From positions 7,502,001-7,566,000 of the forward strand of contig NC_082719.1 of assembly GCF_030144855.1 (NCBI RefSeq): 64,000 nucleotides of DNA, given 5' to 3'. Under the pieces are notes generated by a model. The model had not been told where the DNA came from. It saw only the letters and a program-made list of their open reading frames with translations, and ran no database searches. The translations under genes were made by a program, and so were the position numbers. Position 1 is the first letter of the stretch; every line of letters starts with the position of its first letter. The stretch comes from Hypanus sabinus. Lineage: Eukaryota. Of this stretch, positions 24,601-38,310 are shown piece by piece.

Positions 24601-27600
24601 GTGCTACACATGCCCCTACACCTCCTTCCTCAACACCATTCAGGGCCCCAAACATTCCTTCCAGGTGAGGCGACACTTCACCTGTGAGTCGGCTGGTGTG
24701 GTATACTGCGTCCGGTGCTCCCGGTGTGGCCCTCTATATATTGCTGAGACCCGATGCAGACTGGGATACCGTTTTGTTGAACACCTACGCTCTGTCCGCC
24801 AGAGAAAGCAGGATCTCCCAGTGGCCACACATTTTAATTCCACGTCCCATTCCCATTCTGATATGTCTATCCATGGCCTCCTCTACTGTCAAGATGAAGC
24901 CACACTCCGGTTATAGAAACGAGACCTTATATTCCGTCTGTGTAGCCTCCAACCTGATGTCATGAACTTTGATTTCTCTAACTTCCATTAATGCCCCTCC
25001 TCCCCTTCTTACACCATCCCTAACTTTTCTCTCTCTCTTTCCCTCTCACAATAACTCGTTGCCTGTTCTCCATCTTCCTCTGGTGTCTCCTCCCCCTTTC
25101 TTTCTTCAAAGGCCTTCCATCCTATGATACTCCCCTTCTCCGGCCTTGTATCCCTATTTCCAATCAACTTTCCAGCTCTTAGCTTCATCCCTCCCTCTCC
25201 TGTCTTCTCCTATCATTTTGGGTCTCCCTCCTACTCTCCCACTTTCAAATCTCTTACTATTTCTTTTTTCTATTCGTCCTGACAAAGGGTCTCGACCCGA
25301 AACGTCAACTGTACTTCTTCCTATCGATGCTGCCTGGCCTGCTGCGTTCCACCACCATTTTGTGTGTGTTTCCCAAAGGGAATGTTGCTTTTAAATAATC
25401 AAGAGCTTATATTCATGTCAAATTAATTTATTCTAATGTGACAAACTGCAATTACTTTGAGGTTTTTGATATTAACCGATCTCAGATGACCAGTGCTCAA
25501 AGTAATTGATTATGAAGTATTTCTACTGTAGAATGAGAAAACCACAGTACAAAAAGTATTTACGTTTTTAGTGTCATTTGTTCAATACGTATGATAGTGT
25601 AAACACTTATTTTTAACCTTAACACCATTGCCATTCATGTGCCTGCCCCCCTCCCCCCCCCCCCCCAGTTAATACACACTTCCAATATTCAATATTTCAA
25701 TATCTGGTAGTGAAAGGACACTAGACTGTGTTTCTTCCCCATAAAACCTAATCATTGGCTGCACCAAGCTTCAGTACATCCTTCAGCATGTACTCCAGTA
25801 GCCTGGAATGTCCCAGTCAGCATCTCACTGTCCAGGCTTCCAACAGAGTGCACGTGTTGATGTTGAATGAAGTTCTTGTCCTTAGACGTTGAGAGTTCTT
25901 AACCATGCTGAACCAAGCAGCTGGGCCCAACCCCCCTCTCTCTCTCTCTCAGTGTTTTAATTTCTCTAGTCCGTCCAAGTTTCACATAACTTGTTACCCT
26001 TTACATCCCGTAGGTTTACTTAATGTATTGTTGTTTATCCCATTAAGTAGTGTTGGTGTCTGTCTCAATCATTAGAATCTCTGCAGATTCTGGAAATCCA
26101 GGCAGCACACACAAAATGCTGGAGGAACTCAGCAGACAGGCAACATCTATGGAAAAGAGTAAACAGTCAACATTTCAGGCAGAGAACTTGCAAATACTGG
26201 AAATGTCAACTGTTTACTCTTTATAGATGCTGCCTGGCCTGCTGAGTTCCTCCAGCAGTTTGTGTGTGCTGGTGTCTATCTGCCTATTTCATGAGTAAAT
26301 GTGTCATCTTTATCTTGGTACCATTCACCCATTGGCATCGGGTCAATCCGTCTTTTACACTGTCTCTATGACTTTGTCCTGTTTCCATTGTATGGATTTT
26401 ACCACAAAGATACTGGTCTATATTTTGTACTTATTTTTTGATATACAGTGTGGAGTCGATCCTTCTGGGTCTCTAGGGTGTGCTGCTTAGCATCCCCCAG
26501 ATTTAATCCTAGCCTAATCAGGGGGCAATTTACAATGACCAACTTACCTACCAACTGGTATGTCTTTGGACTATTAGATTAAACCAGAGAAATGGGAGGA
26601 AACCTGTGAGGTCACAGGGAGAACATACAAACTTCTTACAGGCTGTGGCTGCTGGTGCTAACTACTATGCTAGCATGCCATCCCGCAAAAGTATCCTATG
26701 AAGTTGAGACACACAAGGACCACTATCTTTGTCAACAGATCCAGGTCCTCCTCTGCATCTTGCACTTCAATATGCCCTGTGCATAAGAACATGCAAAAGT
26801 GGAGCAGAACCAGACAAGATTCTTACTAAACTTTTATTGCAATTATCTTCATGTCACTTGATTTCCTTATTGCTCAGGCATCAGAATTTGGGTTTAACAG
26901 ATGATTGAGCTTCCACATTTATCCAGGGATTGAAAATTCTGAGGATTACTCACCCCACAGCCTTGTGAAGAAATTTCTCCTCATCTAAATTATGTATAGT
27001 TTATCCTTTATTTGGGGATGTATCCACTTGTTATATTCTCCACAAAAGGGGAAACAGCCTCCCTCGCTCCATATCCTTTATTTGGGATGTTACCAATTCT
27101 TATACACTCAACAGGGAAAATAGCCTCCTTGGCTCCAGTCTTATAGGAATGCTGTGAGCTTTAATGGGATATTATTTTACTTTTCTTAATTCCAGAGAAT
27201 ACATGATGAGTTTACTCATTTTATCTACTTGCATTTACAGCATCCACGTGACCTGATTGTGGATGATCATGGTGTCACTATAATTTCTGTGGACTTGCTT
27301 CCCATCCGCACCTTCAGCAACTCTGCTTCATATTTCCACACTGATGGCTATTTCTCTCTCTCCTTTTTGAAGTTTAAGTTCAAAGAGTTTTGCTTGAATC
27401 CTGTTTTGCTAACAGCACACATTATTGAAGCCATAGCACGTGATCTAAAATATCTGAAAATCTCATGTTTTAGCATACGTGCTTTCTGGTCACTGGTTGC
27501 AGTTGTTTAATTTGCAACTCTTAGAACTTTTGAAGACACTTTGTTAAAATATTTCAAAATTTTCACAACATTCTTGTAAGGAGACTCATATTACAAAGTT

Positions 27601-29541
27601 AATAAATTCACAGATGATCCGGATGTCCCTAGCTCATGTGATAGTAATATTAAACCTCCTTTCTGCTTTCGGGTCCCCGATTATACTGTTCATGCTCAAG
27701 AATATCTCAACTTACTTGGCCACAGGGTAAATCATTGAGGCTTCTGATACTTCTCAGGTTAATCACCATTGTCCACTGCCTATCATTAATGTTACTGTAA
27801 TCAGGAGTTGCAAACGTTTCTTATGCCACAGACTCCTACTATTAACTGAGGTGTCTGTGGCCCCCAGGTTGGGAACTGAAAATCCACCTCACAAACTTTG
27901 CGTTCTGTTTGTGTCCTGCTACTTCCCCAAGCAGCAACAACCTATATTGGTCTTTACACTGAGGATCTGTACATTACATTACTGGTCAGTAGAGTGATTG
28001 ACAAGAACAGAGCTTCAGAATAAAAGACTTTATTGAGTGTAGACAACTAAGAACAGTGCATGGTTTGTCAAAGCATCAACATTTATATCAACTGTTACAC
28101 TGGTTTTGAAGATACACATACACTCACATTCTACATTCATAGTGGTAACATAACCCAGGTATATGTGTAAGGACTTGTAATGATACATACAAAAGTTGAA
28201 TGAAATATTGAAAAAAAAAGAGCAGTTACTGCAATTGTACATTAACACAGTCTAATTAATAAATGCACCTTCAACTATTTAAACTATAAAATCTGGTTAC
28301 AAAATAATTTGTCATATGGTTTCTAATAGTGTAACAATTTATCAGGTGCTACCTTCCATTCAGGACATGGAAGAATGGGCTAGAAATTTACGATTCAGGC
28401 GATTTTAATAATAAACCTGATCATTGATGATCAATTCATGTTTGTGAAAGATGATGTGGGTTTTGCATGCTAGTACAGGTTGAGCCTAAAAGAGGGACTG
28501 TGCATTTTCCCTTCTGGGTAGGCCCCAAGTTAAGTGTTTTTCCTTGTCTCCATTTCCCTCCAAAATGCTTCTGCTTTTGTTTTCAGAGAAGTTAGCTGCT
28601 CTTTATGTGTTCCTGAAGCTATACCCACTCACCTCATGTCCAACTGATCATCATCACCTTTTCAAATCAGACTACCCCACACAGCAACAAAATACATCCC
28701 TTCTGGCTTCCTCCAGCAGTGACACAATGCTCTTTCTGTTGTATGGCTTCTGGTAGTTGGGGCTGAGGGGGAGGGATGTGTGGTGAACTACGTATACCTG
28801 TCTGGACACGCCCTCTGCTGACTGCTCCTGTGGCTCCTCCCACAGACCCCTGGATAAAGGCGATCAAGGCCTGAGCCCGGCCTCTCAGTCTCCAGGATGT
28901 AGTATGGTGGTCACTCACTGTTTGTTCCTTCTTCCAGTCAATAAGAGCCAATATCTTGCCTTCACGTCTCAGAGTGAGTTATTGATGGTGCATCAGGATG
29001 GAGATATTTGAGGTGCCCCAACAGAAAGTAAACACATTTGCCCCTCCCATAAACGGAGACACTTTAACTCACTGTTTTTAAGAAGCCCGTCATGTTCTAG
29101 CCCAATGCATTGAATTCATGTTATCATTGTATCCAATTACATTATAAACCTTAACATCTAGTAGTCAAACACTGGTTACTGTTCAAATTTAATAGCTTAA
29201 AACATGCATCTTCAAACATTCCATCGATTTAACTCTATTGAAGAAATAATTGTTTGATATTTATCAACAATAAAAAATAAAATTCCATTGCATTTCTACA
29301 CTTGTATCATTGTAAATTATTGACAAACATATATTGGTATATTAATATTTATGGCTCAGGTGCTACATAGAGGAGATAAAGACAATGAACAAATGACAAA
29401 GATTTGTGAGGATTTCATACATTTCTATGTATGTAGTCAATAGACAAACAGAACATTTCAGCTATGGACAGGACTATTACGATGTGCTTTAATGACAATT
29501 GTTTGGCTCATTACTCTGCTTTTTGCAAGGGACACTTTGTT

Positions 29542-32156
29542 TCATTCGGCCAATGGACTTGCTGCAGTGGTTGGCAGAGACGCTTCATTGCTTTTCTTTC
29601 TAGGAAATACCAGAACGAAAGATAAAGTGAGTTTGAAACATTAGTTTGGTTCTAATTGAAATTTACCAGATACCTATTGATTCCTGCTGGGAGATCAGAC
29701 TTTAAAGAATTCACTTGGGTGGACATAGAAGATTCAATACTTTATCAGTATTATCACAATGGCTTATTCTTCAGACGACCGAAATAAAAATAAATTATTT
29801 GATCATTTTCAGAAGGCAACTTGCCAAGTGCAAGTAGGCTGCTGTGTTTTCCATGTAACATCCTTGATAACACAAAGCCTGCAAAGTCTTTTGAAATATT
29901 TTCATTGAGAGGAAAAAGACCAAGTACTCTGAACTGGCAACCGAAGCTGCTCAGAATGGCTGGAAGACCAAGATTTTCCCTGTAGAAGTGGGATGTAGGG
30001 GATTCGTAGCTACATCTATTGAAGAAGGTGGGGGTGAGGGGTGTCTCCCTCCAACAAGCAGTCAAGTCCTTGTCAAACGCAGCAGAGGAAAGCAGCAATT
30101 GGATTTGGATTAAAAGGAAAGAGAACAACTGGGCTGCAAGATGAAGACAGGAGGGTACGGAAATGAGGGGGGTGTATCTGGGACGCCTGGTAGTACCGTT
30201 GAGCCCTCTGGAGTCGTCGTGGGCTTATCAATGAAATGTCAAAGAAGGAGGGTGCCCACCAGATGACCCCGACGACGTAGCTACCCTCCTCGTCACCACT
30301 CCAAGCCACTGCCAACATCGAGAGGGCCGACTTTATCATTGGGATTGAAACATCAAGTCCTAGTAGCTCTACTGATCTTCTAATATTTCAATATTTTGAA
30401 ATATTTATTTATTGAAATACAGTGCAGAATAGGCCCTCCTGGCTGGTCGAGTCACAGCACCCAGCCATCTCCCGATTTAACCCTAGCCTAGTCACAGGAC
30501 AATTTACAATGATCAATGAACCTACCAATGGTCTGTGGGAGGAAACCCATGCAGACACGGGGAGATTGTACAAACTCCTTACAGGCAGTGGCGGGAATTG
30601 AACCCGGATCACCTGTACTGTAAATTGTTGTTCTAATGTCCTGAAAGACATTCTATAATTCTATGTATTTTTCTCACATTAATAATGTGCTTAATTGAAC
30701 TTAAGTAGTGCATTATGCACGTGTAGATAACTGGTCTTGCATGCAAATAAAATTCAGATGATACAAGACAAAGTGAATAATTTTGCTAAAACGAACAGGA
30801 TTTACCTTTCAGTCAAGATATTAATAACTTTTTTGACCCATTCGGTTTCAGGATTCACACAGACCTTTGCACCTGTCTTCAGGGTAATTCTGTGATGCAC
30901 AATGAGAAAATGTTTTGGTTAAAATAAAGAAGATATGGCACTGTTTCCTGTAAATGAGTTTTCTTTCATAATTTATATGAACAGTGGTTTAAAATATACA
31001 TTGAACAAAAGACAGCCAATAAATGAATACATTCAACGGCAATTTCAGAAAGAAGGGCTATTATGCAAACAGATGTAAAATTCTGATAAATTACAGACAT
31101 ACCTTAGACAGCTGAAAGATTTGTTGTTTTAAAATACTGAATGAAAATAGATCATGTTAAGGACAAACTTAGATATTAGAATATATTCTGATATGTTTAT
31201 ATCAACATTTCCGCACACTTACTGAGTAAGGAGTCGACATAAATGTGTGATTTCAATCGTATCAGTGTGAGAAGCTTACTTAAGATAATGTAAAATGTAT
31301 TAATCCACCTGCTAATTCTGCAAAAATCAAACAAACTATAGTTTTTCAGACTTGTGCACTTAAATTCTTAGATTCACTATAGGAGGCTGAAATTTGTACT
31401 TACACAATCTCCACCTTTCTGCAGTGGGGACCCTGAGGAAAGATCTCGATATGTTGAAACTTTTTGGGATGAATGAGATGAGATGTAGTTTTCACACATC
31501 TGCATCTTGTGATTTTTTGACTGGTTGCACACAATCCTTTTATGAAAGGAAAAGAAAAAGAAGGGTCTACAATTGTGCCAAGGAAATTAAAAGTAGCTGA
31601 AAAAAATTGCTGACATGTTGCAAACTGCTTCCTTGAATAATACAACGTAGAAAATTCAGTTTTAGATGCAGTTTTCCTAATTCCCATACTGTTCCAAAAT
31701 CTTATGCAGTTACTAAATGTATATAATGGCCTACTTATTATTAATATGCACAATCCTTCCCCAATTTATCCACAAATAAAAGGGAAAATGCACGTCTTCC
31801 TGCTGCTTTCTATAAAGGTAAGAAGCATAACTTTGAGTATCTGCCATTGACAGAAACCTTGTCTGCTAACAGAAAATATTTGCAAAACAAATTAGTATTT
31901 CATTGAATTGATTGCTATCCTGTTTTGGGCAACAGCTCGATACAGAGTGGACTCTGAATAAGATAAAGTCTTTGAATAATATTTACAATGATCATTCGCA
32001 TAAACATGCATCTTGCTCCAGAAACAATTAAATCCATTGTGAATCATAATTGTCAATTTTCCAGTTTTAATTTAAACTGCATGGCTAGTACTTACCATGA
32101 GCAGCTAGGTAAACTACAGCTACCGCCACCAACAAAAACGTGGTCTGAGTCTTCAT
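29542..32156 (-). CDS. cxcl8-like: CXC chemokine, CXCL8/IL-8-like, copy C (C16Y variant, shorter intron 1)
   Basis: Exons 32156-32096, 31536-31404, 30889-30806 and 29599-29542 with intact splice sites. The change at 32110 turns TGC into TAC in the signal peptide. Intron 1 lacks about 0.4 kb present in copies A and B. Confidence 0.92.
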
Positions 32157-34063
32157 CGTCAGCAAGTCTGTATGACTTTTGTTCTTCAGTCAGCAGCTGG
32201 CAACCTTCAGAGTGTCTTGGTTTGGCATATCAGACTTGTATTTATCTGCAAGTACAAAGGAAGTTATGACATCAGAGAAAAAAACATGACATAAACATAA
32301 TTGTTCAAGCACTTTTGTCTTGAATCATTTCTTCCAAAACAATAAAAGGATGAAGGATGAACTTTCTCCATTTATTTACACCTGATTTTAGAAATAGTTA
32401 CTGTAGTTATAGATAATCTCTAAACAATTATTTCTTGGTTTCCAGTATCTCTGTGCATAAAGCAATATGCTGGTGCAACTTTCCTCATTCTGGCCACTGA
32501 GTGTTAGCTTGTCTGTCTGGCCACTTCAACAATATAAATTCAAATTCAACACTTCTTCTTATGAGATCAGTGCTCTGGCACATAAACACTAACTATTCTT
32601 CTTACCATAACTGCTGCTTAATCTGCTGAAGGTTTCCAGCAATTTGTTATTTTTTTTAAAAAACAGATTTGTAGAACCTGCTTTTTTTATTTGCCTTCTG
32701 ACAGAGATGCAATGTACATTTGACTCATTACTGCCTTTAATCTGTAGAATGAATGGCTAGCAAATTCCAGCAATTCTTTTTACTACATTCTGTGGAAATC
32801 TAAATCTTTGTGATGGGCAGCGATTTTAACAGCGTCTTTAATTCACTTGCACTGTATCTATTAAGTTGCTAGGTTGTGCAATACCCAACAATCCTGTAGA
32901 TGGAGTAAGATCGCAATACATCTGGTCAAAACCAGATAGTCTGATCCTTGACAGTTTCCGATTTTGTTGCCCAAGAACTTACAGTCATATCCACCTAACT
33001 CATGTCTCTGACCATTGCCTCCTACTGGCTGACTATTAACTCCAGGAAGATCAGAAAGATGGAATAGAGGTTTGGAAGCTGAATGTGAAACTGGTGATAC
33101 AGAAAACATTAAGGAACGATGAAGGATTATGCAGCTTAACAAACCATGAAACCCTCCAACCATACCTCCAATTAATTTGATTACGTAAAAGTCCAAAGTA
33201 TATTTATTATCAAAGTATGTGTACTTCATATAACCTTGAGATTCATCTCCTTACAGGCAGCTACAAAACAAAGAAACCCAATAGAACCCATTAAAACAGA
33301 AGAAAACTGTCAAACACACAATGTGCAGAGAGAAATAAAAGCAAATTGTGCAAACAATAAAAGTAATCAACTAGCATTCAGAACTAAAGTTCATGAAACC
33401 AGGCATCACTGCGTCTGAATCAAAGTGTGTTACTTACAGATCACCGCCTCAGTTTAGCGCAGATATGGACCTGCAGGGTGAGAATATCAATTTAATCCTG
33501 GCAAGAAGTGCAGTGTCCACTTTTATTGGAAAATTGGAAATATGTAAGCAAGCCATTGGTAGAAGAATGTTCTCACAGTTCCCCTGCATGAAAAGTATGG
33601 CACTTTTGGTACAAATGGTGATTTGCAAGAGTACTGCTTACACTTGCAGACACTGAAGGATATTCTGAATCAATTTAAGGACCTGAACAGTCAAAAAAAT
33701 ACCGAACTGAGTAATTAACTCATTTGTTTGCAAGTGGATGGAGGAATAGGAAGAGAGCTTGCAAAAAGAAATTATTGAAATTCAGAATTGCTTTTCAAAA
33801 ATGTCTCTTTTTGTGCTCAGTGTAGCTACACTGTCATATGAAGTTTCCCGGTCTTTGGAGAAAAGCCAAACTGCTCTTCATTGCATTTCCATCTTTCTAC
33901 CTTGTTAAAAGAGGGTTCAGTGCAGTGAACCAGACACTCACCAAAAACAGAAACCATTTGGACTTTGTTACGCCAGGTGACTTGAAGCTTTTGCTGTCAT
34001 AGCTTGAGCAGATATTTCAACTCTTGCTAAAAACCATCAAGCTCAAGGATCACAGTTCTGTTG

Positions 34064-34980
34064 TACTTCCAGCATCTCCAACAGGATCCCCCCAATACCA
34101 GGCATATCTTTCCCTTCCCCACCTCACCCCCTCCCTACTTTCTGCTTTCTAAAGTGGTTACTCATTATGCAACTCACTTGACAATTCATCCCTCCCCACT
34201 GATCTCCCTCCTTGCATTTACCCTTGCAAGTGGAACAAGCGCTACACTTGCCCCTACACCTCCTTCCTCAACACCATTCAGGGCCCCAAACATTCCTTCC
34301 AGGTGAGGCGACACTTCACCTGTGAGTCTGTTGTTGTCATACACCGTGTCCAGTGCGGCCTCCTGCATATAGATGAGGCCTGATGAGGGTTAGAAGATGG
34401 CCTCGCTGAGCACCTACACTCCATCTGCTGGATCTCCCAGTGGCCTCCCACCTCCCATTTCCATTTTGACATGTCAGTCCATGGCCTCCTCGGCTGTCAC
34501 CAGGCAGCCACACTTAGGATGGAGGATCAACACCATCTATTCTGTCTTGGTAGCCTGCACCCTGGTGGCATGAAAAGCAATTTGTCGAACTAATGCTTCC
34601 CTTTCACCATTCCCCATTCTCATTTTGCTCTCTTACCTTTTTCCTTACCTGCCCATCACCTCCCTCTGGTGCTCCTCTCCCCTTTTTCTTTCTTCCATGG
34701 ACTTCTGTCTTCTGCTATCAGATGCCCTTTCTCCAGCACTTTTATCTGTTTCACCAATCGACTTCCCAGCTCTTCACTTCACCCCCTTTCCTGGTCTCAC
34801 CTGTCACCTTGTATGCTCTTCCTCCACTCCCCTTCTCATCTTTTTTCTCCAATACTCCTGAAGGGTCTTGGACCAAAACACCGATGGTTTACTCTTTTCC
34901 ATAGATGCTGCTGGCCTGCTGAGATCGTCCAGCATTTTGTGTGGGATGCTTAGATTTCCAGCGTCTGCAGGTTTTCTCTC
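34064..34980 (+). mobile_element. Older Penelope-like element; parental donor of the 5' half of the junction chimeras
   Basis: Near-identical to 2478-2742 up to 34328, then continues as a different, more degraded copy of the same family. Confidence 0.85.
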
Positions 34981-35003
34981 ATTTTGGGCTCTGAGGTTTA
35001 TTG

Positions 35004-35116
35004 CATTTACATTCCTACTCTCTCATCAGAATCAGGTTTATCATCACATTTACATTCCTACTCTCTCATCAGAATCAGGTTTATCATCACATTTACATTC
35101 CTACTCTCTCATCAGA
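35004..35116. repeat. 43-bp tandem repeat (about 2.6 copies) at a Rex1 3' junction
   Basis: Unit catttacattcctactctctcatcagaatcaggtttatcatca starts at 35004, 35047 and 35090. Confidence 0.85.
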
Positions 35117-35124
35117 GGAAGACA

Positions 35125-36428
35125 TCAGAATCAGAACCAGAATCAGAATCAGGTTTATCATCACCGGCATGTGACGTGAAATTTGCTAACTTAGCAACAG
35201 CAGTTCAATGCAATACATAATACAGCAGAGAGAGAAAAAATAAATAAAATAAAAATAATAATAATAAATAAACAAGTAAATCTATTACATACATTGAATA
35301 GATTAAAAAGTGCAAAAACAGAAATACTGTGTATTAAAAAAAGTGAGGTAGTGTCCAAAGCTTCAATGTCCATTTAGGAATCGGATGGCAGAGGGGAAGA
35401 AGCTGTTCCTGAATCGCTGAGTGTGTGTCTTCAGGTTTCTGTACCTCCTGTCTGATGGTAACAGTGAGAAAAGGGCATGCCCTGGATGCTGGAGGTCCTT
35501 AATAATGGATGCTGCCTTTCTGAGACTCCGCTCCCGAAAGATGTCATGGATACTTTGTAGGTTAGTACCCAAGATGGAGCTGACTAGATTTACAACCCTC
35601 TGCAGCTTCTTTCAGTCCTGTGCAGAAGCCCCTCCATACCAGACAGTGATGCAGCCTGTCAGAACGCTCTCCACGGTACAGCTATAGAATTTTTTGATTG
35701 TATTTGTTGACATGCCAAATCTCTTCAAACTCCCAATAAAGTATAGCCACTGTCTTGCCTTCAGTATTTTGGGACCAGGTCAGATCCTCAGAGATCTTGA
35801 CACCGAGGAATTTGAAGCTGCTCACTCTGTCCACTTCTGATCCCTCTACGAGGATTGGTATGTGTTTCTTCATCTTACACTTCCTGAAGAACACAATCAG
35901 CTCTTTCGTCTTACTGATGTTCAGTGCCAGGTTGTTGCTGTGGTACCACTCCATTAGTTGGCATATCTCACTCCTGTACGCCCTCTCGTCACCATCTGAG
36001 TTTCTACCAACAATGGTTGTATCGTCAGCAAATCTATAGATGGTATTTGAGCTATGCCTAGCCACACAGACATGTGCATATAGAGAGTAGAGCAGTGGGC
36101 TAAGCACACACCCCTGAGGTGCATCAGTGTTGATCGTCAGCGAGGAGGAGATGTTATCACCAATCCACACAGACTGTGGTCTTCTGATTAGGAAGATGGG
36201 GATCCAATTGCAGAGGGTAGTACAGAGGCCCAGATTCTGCAACTTCTCAATCAAGATTGTGGGAATGATGATATTAAATGCTGAGCTATAGTCGATGAAC
36301 AGCATCCTGACGTAGGTGTTTGTGTTGTCTAGGTGGTCTAAAGCCGCATGGAGAACCATTGAGACTTTATCTGCTGTTAACCTAATGTGGCGATAGGCAA
36401 ATTGCAATAGGTCCAGGTCCTTGCTGAC
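35125..36428 (-). mobile_element. Rex1/Babar LINE, 5'-truncated (RT and 3' UTR with (TCTGAT)n tail)
   Basis: QFAYR..STAD-like motif, [49 protein letters not shown]. Confidence 0.93.
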
Positions 36429-37044
36429 CGGGCCCCATTGTTAAGAGATTCCCAGATAAGATTATTAATTGAAGCACAGTGGTCATCGTGGTGGATGTGA
36501 GAAAACATGTCCATCGCCTCAGCTTGCTCTGAGGGCATGGTGCAAGCTCATAGTTACCAAGCAGAGTGCTTGTGGCGTTGCCTTTCCTTTTCACTTATGA
36601 ATGCTGAAGCAGACAACTCAAGGACAGTGCTGCATTTAGAAGCTGATCAGTAAGATTCAAGATAGTCATTCTTCAGAACACAAGTGCAAAGAAGAACAAA
36701 ATGATACCTTGACTATGCACATCTGGCCTGCACTAATCCATAACCTTTGCTGTGCAGTTTCACCTCCCACTGTGGGTTGCTCCACCAAAATTCTCATGTG
36801 TGTCTTCCATCCATTTTGATCTTATGTTCTGTACCCAGTACTGGAGTAGCCCTATTCTCTGTCCTGTCAGTGAGGCAAGCTCTTCCCGCGCTGCACCCAC
36901 ACCCTTGTTGCTCAACTCCTGATATGGATTACAATAGCTATTTGCAAAATGTATGCCTGGAAGGTCTTCAGGCCACTGTGGATACAAGATCTGTGGAGTC
37001 CACACTGAGTATGGTCCATCAATATGTTCTGCCTAAAATAAGTG

Positions 37045-37300
37045 AGGTGGTTAGCACAACGCTTCACAATAGAGGTGGCCCACCGCTGCCTGTAAGGTGT
37101 TTGTACGTTCTCCCCACGGCCGCATGGGTTTCCTCCAGCTGCTCTGGTTTCTTCCCACAGAGCAAAGACTTACCAGTTGGTAGGTTAATTGGTCAGTGTA
37201 AATTGTCCATTGATTAGGCTGGGGTTACGATAAGGGATTGTTGGGTGGCACAGCTTGAGGGGCTGGAAGGGCTTAGTCAGTTCTGTATCTCAATAAAATT
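37045..37300 (+). mobile_element. V-SINE/HE1-like SINE
   Basis: Same family as 8462-8692, in the opposite orientation. Confidence 0.7.
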
Positions 37301-37614
37301 AATAGAAATCCAGAAAGCTGTTTTAAAATGTCAGTGTTCTTTGGAATCTGGCCATTGCCAGTAAGGCCAGTATTTTTGTTCATTCTTAACTCACCTTGAA
37401 ATGTTGATAAATTATCTTCCTGCTGTCCTGCTGGTAAAAATGCTCCCATGTTGCTAACAGGGACTGAGTTACTGGAATTAAGTACCAAAAAGAATCAGCC
37501 ACATATTTCTGAGTCAGAATATTGTGATCTGAAGGGGGTGGGGTGGGGAGAAAATCGGCTGGTACTGTTGGTCAGTGTTTACCAGATGCTCCAGTCTTCT
37601 CTTTAATAGTAAAA

Positions 37615-38310
37615 AAAAAACACAAACTGCTGAAAGAGCTCAAAAGGTCAGGCAGCATCTGTGGAGGGGAATGGACAGTCAATGTTTCTGGGCAAGACAC
37701 TTCACCTGGACTGAAGACCATTGATTTGGACTAGTCGAGGGAGAATGAATCTAGCTGGGTAGTTGGGAGCATGAAGGAACATAGTAGGAGGTTGTTACTC
37801 AAATTGGAACATCCAGTGTTGATGACATTGAGTTATTGGCTAGCCAAGCATAATACAAGTTCATTTTTTACTTCTACCTTACATCTGGCCTCATCATGGC
37901 AGTGGAGGAAGCTGAGAATAGACTGGTCAGCTTGGGAGTGCAAAGAAGAGTTCAAATGACATGCAACCAGAAAAACTCAAGGTGGACATTGTGGACATGC
38001 TGCTGGGCCTCTGCAGAACGGTCATGTAGTTTACACATAGTTTCACCAATGCAATAGATACCACATTGTGAACACTGGGCAGGCTGCATGAAAACCTCCT
38101 TCCAGCAGGTTGTATTATGGTCCTGATACCAGCACCTCCAGTCTCATGGATCTATGTTTCATTTCTATAGTGGTCAGAGCACACATGCACTACAGAAGGT
38201 TACCTAGTCTGTGCTTGATCTTGTCAATGTAGAGGAGGCCACATCATGAGCACCGAATGCAACAGAGCAGGCTGGAGGAGATGCACACGAATCTCTGCTT
38301 TACTTGGATG
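37615..38310 (-). mobile_element. Degraded Penelope-like fragments
   Basis: Terminal motif cacaaactgctgaaagagctc…gcagcatctgtgg and degenerate GIY-YIG-region similarity. Confidence 0.5.

Larger units (their letters stand above)
1..34328. repeat. Tandem segmental duplication array, period about 10.97 kb: units 2743-13717, 13718-24690 and 24691-34328; 1-2742 is the end of a further unit
   Basis: ORF track repeats at offsets of 10973-10975. Units A and B differ at only about ten positions that I could see. Homology ends at 34328 (…ggcgacacttcacctgtgagtc). Confidence 0.97.
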
